DNA of 63,982 nt, the filler included, from Octopus bimaculoides (Eukaryota), in NCBI RefSeq assembly GCF_001194135.2. It is 6 parts of 5 records of this genome, joined end to end, with 100 filler letters (N's around TTAATTAATTAA, not from the genome) between each part and the next. Parts side by side here need not be neighbours in the genome. Positions count along the whole stretch, not along the records: positions 28,030 to 59,022 come from NC_068981.1; positions 59,123 to 62,872 come from NC_068983.1; 4 more parts are not named here. The stretch is one strand, 5' to 3'. The notes under the pieces were generated by a model. It saw only the letters and a program-made list of their open reading frames with translations. It was not told the origin of the DNA and ran no database searches. Below are positions 50,844 to 62,872 of the stretch, piece after piece; positions within the stretch are counted from its first letter, which is position 1; every line of letters starts with the position of its first letter. The translations under genes and the position numbers were made by a program.

Positions 50844-50948
50844 TTATATTTATATATAGATAGATAGATAGATATGCGTGTGTGCCAGTGTGCGCGCGTG
50901 TGTATGTGTGTGTGTGTGTTCGTGTGTGCGCGTGTGTGTATTCATATG

Positions 50949-51189
50949 TGGAGGCGCGTGGCTTAGTGGTTAGGGTGGTGCAGTGATGGTTGTAAGATTG
51001 TGATTTCGACTGCAGGACCTGGCGATGCGTTCTGTTCCTGGGCAAATCACTTCATTTCCCGTTGCTCCTGTACACTCAATCGATAAAAATGAGTTTTCCT
51101 GCGACGGAACGGCGTCCTGTCCAGGTGGGCAATACTTACATCCAGGAAACCGTCTTTATAAACCTATGGCTCAGGAAAAACGTTTGATC

Positions 51190-51278
<89 letters not shown>

Positions 51279-51510
51279 ACACACACACACACACAATATA
51301 TGTGCGTTGTATTCTTGAGCGGGACACTTCATCTTTTCACCTTAGTCAACTAGCAACAATGATTAGTACCTGTATTTCAAGGAACCAACCTTGTCACATT
51401 TTGTATTTCGCTGAATCTTCCTGAGAACTACGTTAATGATATGCATGTTTGTGGAGTGTTCAGCCACTTGTACATCAATTTCATGAGCAGGCAGCTCCTT
51501 GAGCAGCGTT
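50949..51510 (+). mobile_element. SINE family C interrupted by (CA)n
   Basis: Head GGAGGCGCGTGGCTTAGTGGTTAGG; tail GTACCTGTATTTCAA...GAGAACTACGTTAA. Confidence 0.8.
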
Positions 51511-51749
51511 CCTTGTCTGATAACCTTAAATACATGTCCAAAGAAGTTGCACGACTCTACTGCAACGTAGTTTATACCTGTAATTATTGGGACACTGGGA
51601 TATGTAACATACTGCCTAAATGCTAATCTTGAGAAATTAAGCTTTCCAATACCAGAAAGGAGAAAGTTGATTCGAAGACTACAGATCCAATCCATCACTG
51701 GAACTATAAAAATCTGTAAAACTTTCCAGAAGTTTATCGTTTAAGTATA

Positions 51750-51968
51750 CAGTAATCTCTCGCCGTATCGGGGTTCACCTATCACGGTTTATTATTTAAG
51801 CTTATGTCGATTCCTCCGTGGTGTTATTTTGCATTTATAACAAAATAAATATATACAAATTATAAAAGTTAAAAAATTATACAGCATAGTCATGTTTCTG
51901 CTTCGCGGATTTTCACCTATCGCGGGGAGTTTTGGAACGTAGCACCCGCGATAGTCGAGGTATTACTG
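51750..51968. mobile_element. pogo/Tigger-like MITE
   Basis: TA-flanked TIRs CAGTAATCTCTCG / CGAGGTATTACTG. Confidence 0.82.
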
Positions 51969-52479
51969 TATATGAGCATATCTTATGATGAGAAGACATA
52001 TATAAAACAAAACATACAAATCTACATGTATGCATACATACATACATACATACAAAAATACCCTGTTGTTGATGTTGAAATTCTAATGAAGGAGCCTTGG
52101 TTCTAGGTTAGAAACCTGTTTTTTTCTCTCTATTGGCAAGAAATCTTGAAATAAAACTGAATATTGACATACAAGCATGCATACATACAGGTACTGGTTG
52201 GTTATAATAAATGAGTGAACTACTTGGTGACACATCAAAGCAGTGCCGAAACATTTTCAGAGTTATTTCGGCTCGAAGAAGGAAAACGCCATGTCGTCGC
52301 CATTTTTAAGTTGTATCACAAAAACATTGCGTTATGTATTGTATGTGTTATTCGTTTTATTTGGCTCAAACCTTTCTTGTGTTTACTTTCGTTATCAGGC
52401 GTCGAAAGTCTAAATCCGATGCAAGTGATGTTGAGTCATCGTCGTCGTTATGTATCGAACGCTTGCAGTACACTGATGA

Positions 52480-52870
52480 CGCTACAACGAATGTCTCCCG
52501 ATTAAGCAAGAGTTACTCAGCTGCCTTGCCACTCTTGTCCAACCAGTTCGTGATATTGTCCATCCATTGTGTCCTTTGCCTGCTTCTTCATATACTGCTC
52601 TCTACTCTTCTTTCCATGATAATGTTTTCCAAACCTCTACTTAGAATATGGCCATAACAGATGAGCTTTTATCTTTTCAGAATGCTCAGGAGTTGCTGTC
52701 TTTCACCTATTTGTTGTAACACCCATTCATTTGTCCAATGATTCTTGTAAGAGGCTCGTAACATTCTTCTATACACCCACATTTCAAGTGCATTAATTAT
52801 GTACTCTTCAAATTTATTCAGAGTCCATATTTTTCAGTCATAAATGCCTACTGGCCAAATAAGCGCTCGC
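52480..52870 (-). mobile_element. RTE-clade LINE C-terminal fragment
   Basis: WTLNKFEEYIINALEMWVYRRMLRASY...TNEWVLQQIGER..LLSILKR*KLICYGHIL...GRQRTQWMDNI. Confidence 0.82.
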
Positions 52871-54058
52871 TTTGCCTCGTATTTCACTTAGTTGAGACAC
52901 TTTTGTTTTTGAAATTTAAATGGAACTAAAGAGACTGGACAGATGCGAAATGCCAGAGAAAATCGGAATAGCTTTCACCTGCAATTTCGTAATTTCAAAG
53001 TATAATTCGAATAAACCATTTAGAAAACCCAATCGCAATTACAAACTTACCTATATAAATATCTTCTTCTTTTCAAAAGCCTTGTAAAGGGCACAAATAG
53101 AAGAACTTCAAATCAAAGATCCAGTAAAAAAACTTTCTGCAATAAAGCCCTTTACAAAAATACCTGATTCGAGGTAGTGGAGTCATATGTAAAATCTAGN
53201 NNNNNNNNNNNNNNNNNNNNNNNNNNNNNNNNNNNNNNNNNNNNNNNNNNNNNNNNNNNNNNNNNNNNNNNNNNNNNNNNNNNNNNNNNNNNNNNNNNNN
53301 NNNNNNNNNNNNNNNNNNNNNNNNNNNNNNNNNNNNNNNNNNNNNNNNNNNNNNNNNNNNNNNNNNNNNNNNNNNNNNNNNNNNNNNNNNNNNNNNNNNN
53401 NNNNNNNNNNNNNNNNNNNNNNNNNNNNNNNNNNNNNNNNNNNNNNNNNNNNNNNNNNNNNNNNNNNNNNNNNNNNNNNNNNNNNNNNNNNNNNNNNNNN
53501 NNNNNNNNNNNNNNNNNNNNNNNNNGACAGTAACTTCGAAGTTTAATAAACATGCGCTCTACTAAACGTATTCAGTAATCCTTCAGTTTAGTGTTCAATT
53601 GTTTTTATATATAACATGATATAAAAACTAACTTTAAAACACACACACGCTCATACACAAACACACACAAAATCGTGTATTTCAAATTTATAAGCAGTAA
53701 GGCCATGGCATACATAATGTTTCGTTAACACATAGTGCTGAGCTCCAATAAATATCCTACAATGGATTATCTCCAAAGAGAAAACCGTCTATTAACCATG
53801 TAAACTAATATACCAGTATCAGCGAGGGATAAAATAGTGATTTACAACTTTGGTACGATGTCACAGATTATGGGTGTGGAGCAAGATATCAAAGAAGACA
53901 ACTCCACTACGTACTTTAACAACACTTTGTTTCATCAACTCTGGAACGATGATCGACAAAGTCAATTCAGATGAGATTTTGAACTCAGAATATAAGGGGA
54001 CATAATTCAACATTTTCTTCGCTGTTTTGCCGATTCTGTTAACATATCGAGAGACAGT

Positions 54059-54447
54059 GGAGGCGCAATGGCCCAGGGGTTAGGGCAGCGGACTCGCGGT
54101 CATATGATCGCGGTTTCGATTCCCAAACGGGCGTTGTGAGTGTTTATTGAGCGAAAACATCTAAAGCTCCACGAGGCTCCGGCACGGGATGGTGGCGAAC
54201 CCTGCTGTACTCTTCCACCACGACTTTCTCTCACTCTTACTTCCTGTTTCTGTTATGCCTGTAATTCAAAGGGTCAGCCTTGTCACACTGTGTCACGCTG
54301 AATATCCCCGAGAACTACGTTAAAGGTACACGTGTCTGTGGAGTGCTCAACCACTTGCACGTTAATTTCACGAGCAGGCTGTTCCGTTGATTGGATCAAC
54401 TGGAACCCTCGACGTCGTAAGCGACGGAGTGCCAACAACAACAACAA
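54059..54447 (+). mobile_element. SINE family C, full length with (CAA)n tail
   Basis: A-box TGGCCCAGGGGTTAGG, B-box GGTTTCGATTCCC, conserved tail ...CGACGGAGTGCCAACAACAACAACAA. Confidence 0.9.
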
Positions 54448-54928
54448 TCGAGAGACAAATTTTCGTCACTTCGATTGTTTAGCTACATAACAGTGCGGGA
54501 TTGACTATAAAGTTCAAACTAATCTTAGTTTCGTTTATTCTTTCCGTTCTTTCTTTTTCATCTATGAAATCAATTCAGGATTTTTTTTTCTTCTTTTTTT
54601 TTTTAGTTTTTCGCAGACGACTGACTAAAACAGCTTCGAAACACTCGGAAAAATATCGATATAACAACCGAACTGCTGCGATTCATGACAATTCGACATT
54701 TTTCCAGAACGTAAAGTAGAGCCGAATTCATTTATTTATTTCTTAAATATTCAAGAAGTACTTGCTGTTCTTTAAGGTATTAATAAGATATTGAGTGGAA
54801 AATGTCATATAGTCACGATGCTGGTCAAATTTTGAAGTGGCGCTTGACTCATGAATACAAGAAATGTTCGTTTAATGTCTGTTTGTCTGTCTGTCTCTGT
54901 CACTCTTTCTGTCTGTTTGACTGCTTCC

Positions 54929-54985
<57 letters not shown>

Positions 54986-55039
54986 TATACGCATATATAT
55001 TTATGTATATCTATATATAGACACATACACGCTCAGATA

Positions 55040-55070
<31 letters not shown>

Positions 55071-55258
55071 CAAAGTTAGATGTGCCAAAATGGCTACATT
55101 CTGCTAGTTTCATTTATCCTTTTCTCATATGTTGTTTATATACGTATATGTATGCATGCATATATGTATGTGTATATACATTCCTACATATACATGTGTA
55201 TGCATCCATATGTGCATATGTGTGTGTATATATATATCTATATATGTATGTTGGTATT

Positions 55259-55290
<32 letters not shown>

Positions 55291-55390
55291 AATACCAACA
55301 TACACACATACACACACACATACATATATATGTAGAAATTCACAAAGCATATACATGTGTATGCATACATATGTACGTATGTGTGTGTAT

Positions 55391-55433
<43 letters not shown>

Positions 55434-55625
55434 NNNNNNNNNNNNNNNNNNNNNNNNNNNNNNNNNNNNNNNNNNNNNNNNNNNNNNNNNNNNNNNNNNN
55501 NNNNNNNNNNNNNNNNNNNNNNNNNNNNNNNNNNNNNNNNNNNNNNNNNNNNNNNNNNNNNNNNNNNNNNNNNNNNNNNNNNNNNNNNNNNNNNNNNNNN
55601 NNNNNNNNNNNNNNNNNNNNNNNNN

Positions 55626-55674
<49 letters not shown>

Positions 55675-55699
55675 ACATACATACATATAGACATATACA

Positions 55700-55731
<32 letters not shown>

Positions 55732-56257
55732 CATATATATATATATTCACAAGGCAAACTAAGTTTAACTAGTTCGATGTATAGTTTACTTAGTTGTATA
55801 ATTAGACTTGTTAATGTCGAGAACGAGTGTTTGATGAGGAAGTATAGATCCCCTCTATTATCTCGGTGTTATTGATATTGTTGCACAGACCCAGTAAAGA
55901 CTAATCGGGAAAGCTTAAGTTTTCTAATATTCTGATATTAGTAATTTTAAATTGATTCCTGGTAACTTTATTCTAGTCCTGTAATGTCATTCAAATGTAC
56001 GTGAAGCAAATAACTAAATTTATATAGAAATTGAAGTTGATAAGTTGTCAGAATTAGTACGACATTATTGTCTTGCCAAGTATTTCCTGTGCTTCTGATT
56101 TTACATCCTGGTCGAGTCCTCTTTGTACCATTTATTGGTGTCATTCTTCTGGGTACCAACTAAGTAATAAAGGTCAGTATGCAAGTGTAGAGTCAGTCAA
56201 TATACGCAGACATATGACGTCATTTAAAAAAAAATTGCTTCGTGCCCAACAAAAATG

Positions 56258-56324
<67 letters not shown>

Positions 56325-56369
56325 TGTATGTATGTATGTATGTATGTATGTATGTAGGAGGCAAGTTTG

Positions 56370-56412
56370 TCTTACCTGATGAAACGGCTGTACACTGCAG
56401 AAACGGCTGAGA
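56370..56412 (+). ncRNA. Degenerate hammerhead-like motif
   Basis: CTGATGA...TGTACACTGCA-GAAAC-GGCTGA; stems II and III are imperfect and the cleavage triplet is lost. Confidence 0.3.
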
Positions 56413-57859
56413 AATAGGCCACTGTAAGTATTTTAAACAAGCTTTTTCAGCCTAAATTTTATTAACTATTTCTCTAGTGGAAGAGATAACAACTGATTTA
56501 TACATACATACACACAAACATAAATACACACACACACACACATGTACATTAACATACATATATAAATACATACGCACACAGTCACATGCATCTAGTTGTA
56601 AGAAATGCATGAACTACTCCATGCAATGCACATTAAAACAGTGCTCGTGTTTTCAGTGGTTCTTCAGTTTCAGGAAGGAGAAGGCCACTTCGTCACCATT
56701 TTAAGCTGTATCGTAAAAATATGTTGCATATGTCGTGTGTATTAGTGTGCTACTTGTCTTAAACCGTTCATGTGTTCAGTTTTATAATCATGCCCTGAAA
56801 GCTTAAATCCAGTGCAAGTGCTGGATCTTCAAACAAAAGAAAATGATTACGATTGAAGTTAAAATGGAACTAAAGAGACCGGGTTGATGCGAAATGCCAG
56901 CGAGCCAAGGAAAAGCATTCGCTTGCATTTGGTCAACGATCGGTACAATTTGAAAAGACAAAGTAAGAATAATGGTGTATGGACAAAGTAAATAATGAAC
57001 CATGGAAAAGTATCTGTTCGGCCTCGATGAAACAGCAATTATCCCTAAGTGAAATTGTGGTTTAATTATTGAAATGGAAGCACGGTACTGCAAGTTGTCA
57101 CCTGTAAGCGAGTACAATTTGATAATGTGTACCATGCATTCGATGATTGTGATAAGAAAGGTTATCTAATTTGTGTGCATTATTAAAGAAATATACGTCA
57201 AAATCGGCAGCTCAGTTTTCGAATCCATAAGGAAATACACACCTCACACACACACACACACACNNNNNNNNNNNNNNNNNNNNNNNNNNNNNNNNNNNNN
57301 NNNNNNNNNNNNNNNNNNNNNNNNNNNNNNNNNNNNNNNNNNNNNNNNNNNNNNNNNNNNNNNNNNNNNNNNNNNNNNNNNNNNNNNNNNNNNNNNNNNN
57401 NNNNNNNNNNNNNNNNNNNNNNNNNNNNNNNNNNNNNNNNNNNNNNNNNNNNNNNNNNNNNNNNNNNNNNNNNNNNNNNNNNNNNNNNNNNNNNNNNNNN
57501 NNNNNNNNNNNNNNNNNNNNNNNNNNNNNNNNNNNNNNNNNNNNNNNNNNNNNNNNNNNNNNNNNNNNNNNNNNNNNNNNNNNNNNNNNNNNNNNNNNNN
57601 NNNNNNNNNNNNNNNNNNNNNNNNNNNNNNNNNNNNNNNNNNNNNNNNNNNNNNNNNNNNNNNNNNNNNNNNNNNNNNNNNNNNNNNNNNNNNNNNNNNN
57701 NNNNNNNNNNNNNNNNNNNNNNNNNNNNNNNNNNNNNNNNNNNNNNNNNNNNNNNNNNNNNNNNNNNNNNNNNNNNTATATATATATATATATATATATT
57801 TATTCATTTATTTATATTTATATTTATTTATTTATTTATATTTATATTATTTGTGTAAT

Positions 57860-58490
57860 CTATTTGTATTTGCTACCAGATTTTAATCTAACCGTCATCC
57901 GTATGTTTCTTCCTAACCTCTTTATTTTGTACACTTCCTCTTTGCTCTCTCTCGTAGCCCATTGGTCATTTAGGTGAATTTATCTGCCAAAATTTTGAGC
58001 ATGACGTTACGCATTTCCATGTTCGGTTTAACCAATTTTTAAATATTGTGTGCTATGTTTTCCTCTATTCGTCTCTCAACAGTCTGTTACTAACGACCCT
58101 CTTTCATGTTTGTTAACTTATTTTTAAGGAGAGAAAGCGATTCTCCGTTTTGTTCATGATATCTAACAATTTGTATCAGTTTTTCTATATTCTTTACAAA
58201 ATGTTATTACAGTCTGACATTTTTGCTGTATTTTTAAGTATAAATCTAACACGTCTATTATTTTCCTTTCTAACCTTTCTTTCGTTTGTGCGTGATGTAT
58301 TCTGTCCAGTTCATTAATTTCTAAGTACTGTGAGTCTTTTGATGTAATTCTCTTATCTCTAATTTCTTTATCTAATATGATATTTGGGGAAAAGTGTGAT
58401 AAAGTATGTTTTATTGTCCTTGGAAATATTCTATTTCCCATTTTGTAAAGATTCGTTTGCTCATGGTTTTTCTCGTATGAATTAGTGGTG
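57860..58490 (-). mobile_element. Possible Penelope-like N-terminal ORF remnant
   Basis: K/I/E-rich decayed ORF (58163-58441) compositionally like 11050-11600; no diagnostic RT motif seen. Confidence 0.35.
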
Positions 58491-58698
58491 AGAGGTAGCT
58501 AGCTATAGTCGAGGTAGCATTGATCACGTAGCCCCTACAACCTAGGATGGGGACGTGTAAACATTAACGGGGAATTTGTAAAAAAAAAACCAAAGAGATG
58601 AAAGAAATGAATACTATCGAATAGGCAGATACTGCAAACATTTAAACTTTATCAAATTGACCAGGGCAGGGCATATGGGAATGTAAGTGTACGTGCGT

Positions 58699-58739
<41 letters not shown>

Positions 58740-59204
58740 GTGTGATGTTCTTAAGACTGGCGACGTCATGTGGTACCTTAGTGTTCGTACTCTACCCCTC
58801 TGTACACATGGCGCAGTAGAATACAATTTTCGTAACTGTAGATAATAGAGGTGATGTCATTCACTATCACGTCATCACCTTTACTACTACTACTACTACT
58901 ACTACTACTACCACTACTACTACTATTACTTCTCTTTCTTCTTCTTCTTTTTCTTCTCTTTCTTCTTCTTCTTCTTCTTCTTCTTCTTCTTTTTCTCTGT
59001 CGGGTTACCGATTCAGTAGAATNNNNNNNNNNNNNNNNNNNNNNNNNNNNNNNNNNNNNNNNNNNNTTAATTAATTAANNNNNNNNNNNNNNNNNNNNNN
59101 NNNNNNNNNNNNNNNNNNNNNNATATATATATATATATAATAAAATGAGACAACAAAACCAAAGCTGTGTGGAATTTTCAGGATATTTATAAAGAGAAAG
59201 TTAG

Positions 59205-59250
59205 TCTTACAGCTGTTTCTGGGATATTAGTGATATACCTTCATCAGAGA
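59205..59250 (-). ncRNA. Minimal type I hammerhead ribozyme with palindromic stem III
   Basis: TCT-CTGATGA-A-GGTATAT-CACTA-ATATCCC-A-GAA-ACAGCTGT-A-AGA: intact core, 3-bp stem I, GUA cleavage triplet. Confidence 0.72.
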
Positions 59251-59509
59251 GAATTTGAGATGGTTAAATAGTGGGAAATATTAGAGTTCAATACGAGGAG
59301 TTATTTTGGAAAAGGAAGCATTTCTACCACTTATATAACACCACTTTCCCTGGATAATGGAACTGCAACTATAATATCTTTATATATTTTTATTTTTATT
59401 TCTTCATTCATCCTCCTATTTCCCTATATACTCCTTAATTGCTTCCATTTCCAAAATTACTCCTCATACTGAACTCTAATATTTCTCTCTATTTAACCAT
59501 CACACATCT

Positions 59510-59556
59510 TCTTTGATGAAAGGATATCCCTAATATACCAGAAACAGCTGTAGGAC
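59510..59556 (+). ncRNA. Second hammerhead copy with a C3U core change
   Basis: TCT-TTGATGA-AAGGATATCCCTAATATACCA-GAAACAGCTGTA-GGA. Confidence 0.6.
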
Positions 59557-60554
59557 TAATTTTCTCTTTATAAATGTTCTGAAAATTCCACACAACCTTG
59601 GCTATGTTGTCTCATTTTATTTAATATATAGATGCTCATAAAAGACCCACATTAGACTCCTCACTCGTATCACTATCGAACCAAGAGTTTGACTACGGTC
59701 CTTTCATAGCACTTACATAGCGTTACCTGCCACCTTGGGTCTTCTGGAGACGAATACCTTCAATATATATATATNNNNNNNNNNNNNNNNNNNNNNNNNN
59801 NNNNNNNNNNNNNNNNNNNNNNNNNNNNNNNNNNATATAAAGGATACAAGGCTTCACGCCATTTTCCACCTGCCATTAAATATATGACATTTATGTCAAA
59901 TCGAAACATATCAGGATGAAGGAACAACGAAAGTTTTGTATGTCTGTATTATTTTTCTTGGCAAAATATCCGGCTGCAATCAATAATTCATCAAATGTTA
60001 TATAGTAATTTTATTTTTATTTCATTGATTACTGCTTCTTGCAGTATTTCTACCACCTTCGACTTAAGAAGTGTTTTGTTAAAGATAACGAGGTGAAGCT
60101 GATCTCATTGAATCATCGGGACAGCAATAAAAACTTAGCCTTCGTGTAGTTGATCTAGAGAAAATTAACCGAAACGAAGCCATTCCATCTCCAAGCTATT
60201 GCAACTTCGCACAGCAAGCCATAAAGTTTTAAATAAATCAGCAGATTGGTTACCAAGAAAGGATTTATATTTTCAGTCTCATTTAATGATGTTGAGTGAC
60301 TTTGAACGTGATAATTACAAGACTCCTGACTTGAATGGAAATTAAAAAAAGAAAACGTTTACTTTCTGAAGATGATGCGATGTAGTACGAAGGCATAGCA
60401 GATACATAAGGGTGAAATAATGAGGAAATTAACAAATAATTTTCTTTATCCTTGACAAACGTTGGACATATAATTTTACTGTAAAATCAATGTGTTCACA
60501 CGACGTGTCTTCGCGAGATTCCAAAACACTCTCTCAACGACTCCTACCGACCTG

Positions 60555-62272
60555 TTTCTTTATTATAGCCACAAGGGCTCAGCATAGAGGAGGGGAAAAA
60601 CAAGAACAGACAGGACACCACAGAGGAGACAACACATAGAACGAATATGAATGAAATGGTTATATAACAATGAAATTATGGATGCCTGCATGCGCCCCTC
60701 ATCACGTGCAGTACCATTAACCTTGTTTACAATCAATTATCATCGGATTTTAACTTACATATCACTAACATTTAACACACCGTTTGCAAGTCACTTATCC
60801 GTGTATTATCCGGCGGGTCACATCGAATTAGTGATGCATTGTCTTTCCAATGAAAATAGTCTTATTACTGGCTATTCATTGACTGAGGGCTATCTGAAGG
60901 ACCGTCCTTTATTTGCGGTATCACGTCATCCCAGTCGATTACTGGTCTCACCTTTACAAATTTGACTTCAAACTGCACCATTCCTATGTCGCACCTTTTT
61001 TTCAACTCCTCATAGCAGTTCGGCTCAATTATTATTGCTTTTGTCTTATTCTTGCCATAATCCTTAGGAAATTTTACCCGTATTACTGACTTCATTTTCG
61101 GGATCTCTGTTTCCGTATGCATACTTTTTTGGTACTATACATCATACATCTCTTATTCCTCTGATTTTCAGCCCTTCCTTCATTCTATTGTTCTTCATCT
61201 TCCGGAGGATAAAATTTCAAACGTTCCTCTTCTGTTTTTCTTGTCACCATTTTTTTCCCCGTTACTTTCTGTCGCCTCTTTTTTCTTTTGCAAATTCTCC
61301 GGTGGAGAACCTCTCCGACATTTTCTTTTCCGCAGTTTCACCTCCACGAACTCTTCTTCTGTATCCACTGTTTCAGTTCCTTCTCTACATTCCACCACGT
61401 CTGCCTCTCTCTGCGTCGAACTCTCCTCCCTCTCTTCTTCCTTGCTTTGAGGGCAGTCCGCTTTTTTGTGTCCTCTTTCGCTAGACAAAAGCATTTCAAA
61501 GACCTGCCCTCAACCACCACATTCAGCCTGGTTCCTTCGAAATTCAGATCTTCCAGGGTGGCTTGAATTTTCATTTCTATTCCGTATCCAAGAAGTCCAA
61601 CTTTTGAGTTCTTCTTAGTTTTAATATTTTCGGGCTCTGTTTCATGTGGAACATGATTGCCGCCATAATCCACGTCTCGTCGTACTCGGGTGGGATTTTA
61701 CCCACCCTTACTCTCGCCATTCTTTTCAGGCAGTAACTCGATAGGAAAGCCTACTCCTCATTCCTAATCGCGTTCACTGCATGTTCTGCTGCTAATTCTT
61801 CAGATTTTAACCTGACTTCCACCACTCCGAACTTTCGATTTCCCGTTACAAAAGTTGTCAGGTGTTCGATGTCTTCCAATGTTTCTTCTGTACTCCCAAT
61901 TGTTGCGGCTTCGATCTCTCCCGTGGACAATCTTAAAGTCTTACAAAGGACCGCTCCTCTTTGTAAGCCTTCCAAAAATTTCTTTGGTGGCACCAGTGAG
62001 AGCACCGTTCCTTGTTTCGTTAACAATTTCCCATGACCATCACTGTTAACGAGGCAACATTGCTACTACCTGTTGCCGCCGCTGCATAGCTTTGGCTCGA
62101 GGTACTCAAACTCTCCATTATACAAATGAATCGAAAACAACAGAAATATATAAACAACAGACACACCCACGCAAGGAAAGAAACTTCAATGATCAATAAA
62201 AATCAACCAACAATCAATTAACAATGCAACTCACAAAAATCAACTCCAACACTCTCTAACGACTCATACTGA
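60555..62272 (-). mobile_element. Tx1/L1-like element with only a decayed gag-like ORF1 and a 3' tail
   Basis: ORF1 remnants: RRM-like VVEVRLKSEELA, VVVEGRSLKCF..ERGHKKADCP (degenerate CCHC knuckle), K/E-rich tail; the 3' end CCCTTGTGGCTATAATAAAGAAA lies about 300 nt after ORF1 with no ORF2 motifs. Confidence 0.72.
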
Positions 62273-62632
62273 TCTCTCGTCTCAACCAATACGCTACGCT
62301 TTATAAGAGTTCGGCCTGTCTATACTTCCAATCCCCCAGGAGTGTCAATGGCTCTCGCCACATCAGATTTCTTAATAGACTGCATTCGAGTCAGAAAAAA
62401 AAAATTTCCTTTGATGCTTACACTTAATGCCTAAGTTTTTTACAGTTGTGACCAGTTTTATTATTTTATTATACATTAACTTACAACAGTGAACTTAACG
62501 ATTTATGTATTTCCAATTACCGTTGCTTTTCATTTTTTACTGAACCATTAAGCACCAGACGATTACTGGAGTTGATGTCATCGACTAGTTCCCTCCCGCA
62601 AAATTTAAGGCAGTTTGCTTATAGCAGAAAGG

Positions 62633-62704
<72 letters not shown>

Positions 62705-62707
<3 letters not shown>

Positions 62708-62872
62708 GTTCAGTAGTTTTATTTTTATAACGTGCTTTCACTTCACTACCGAGCGCAGCTCTGTGTGCCTTGGGTATGTGCTGTGGTTTGCTGTGATGCT
62801 CTTATGGTTACTGTATTGAAAGTGTTTTGCGTAGAATGTGTGCAGTACCTAATAGTGCAATTTTCTGTATGT
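62705..62872 (-). mobile_element. R4/Dong-clade 3' end, same family as 41591-41892, followed by (TAA)n at 62633-62705
   Basis: Near-exact reverse complement of 41720-41885. Confidence 0.9.

Larger units (their letters stand above)
59138..59625. mobile_element. Inverted-repeat element (arms of about 165 bp) carrying one hammerhead per arm; Penelope terminal-repeat-like
   Basis: AATAAAATGAGACAAC...GAGTTCAATACGAGGAG is reverse-complementary to CTCCTCATACTGAACTC...GTTGTCTCATTTTATT. Confidence 0.88.

Noticed and set aside
60365-60400. CTGAAGA…GTACGAAG hammerhead-like string
   Set aside because: GAAA is absent and the stems do not form
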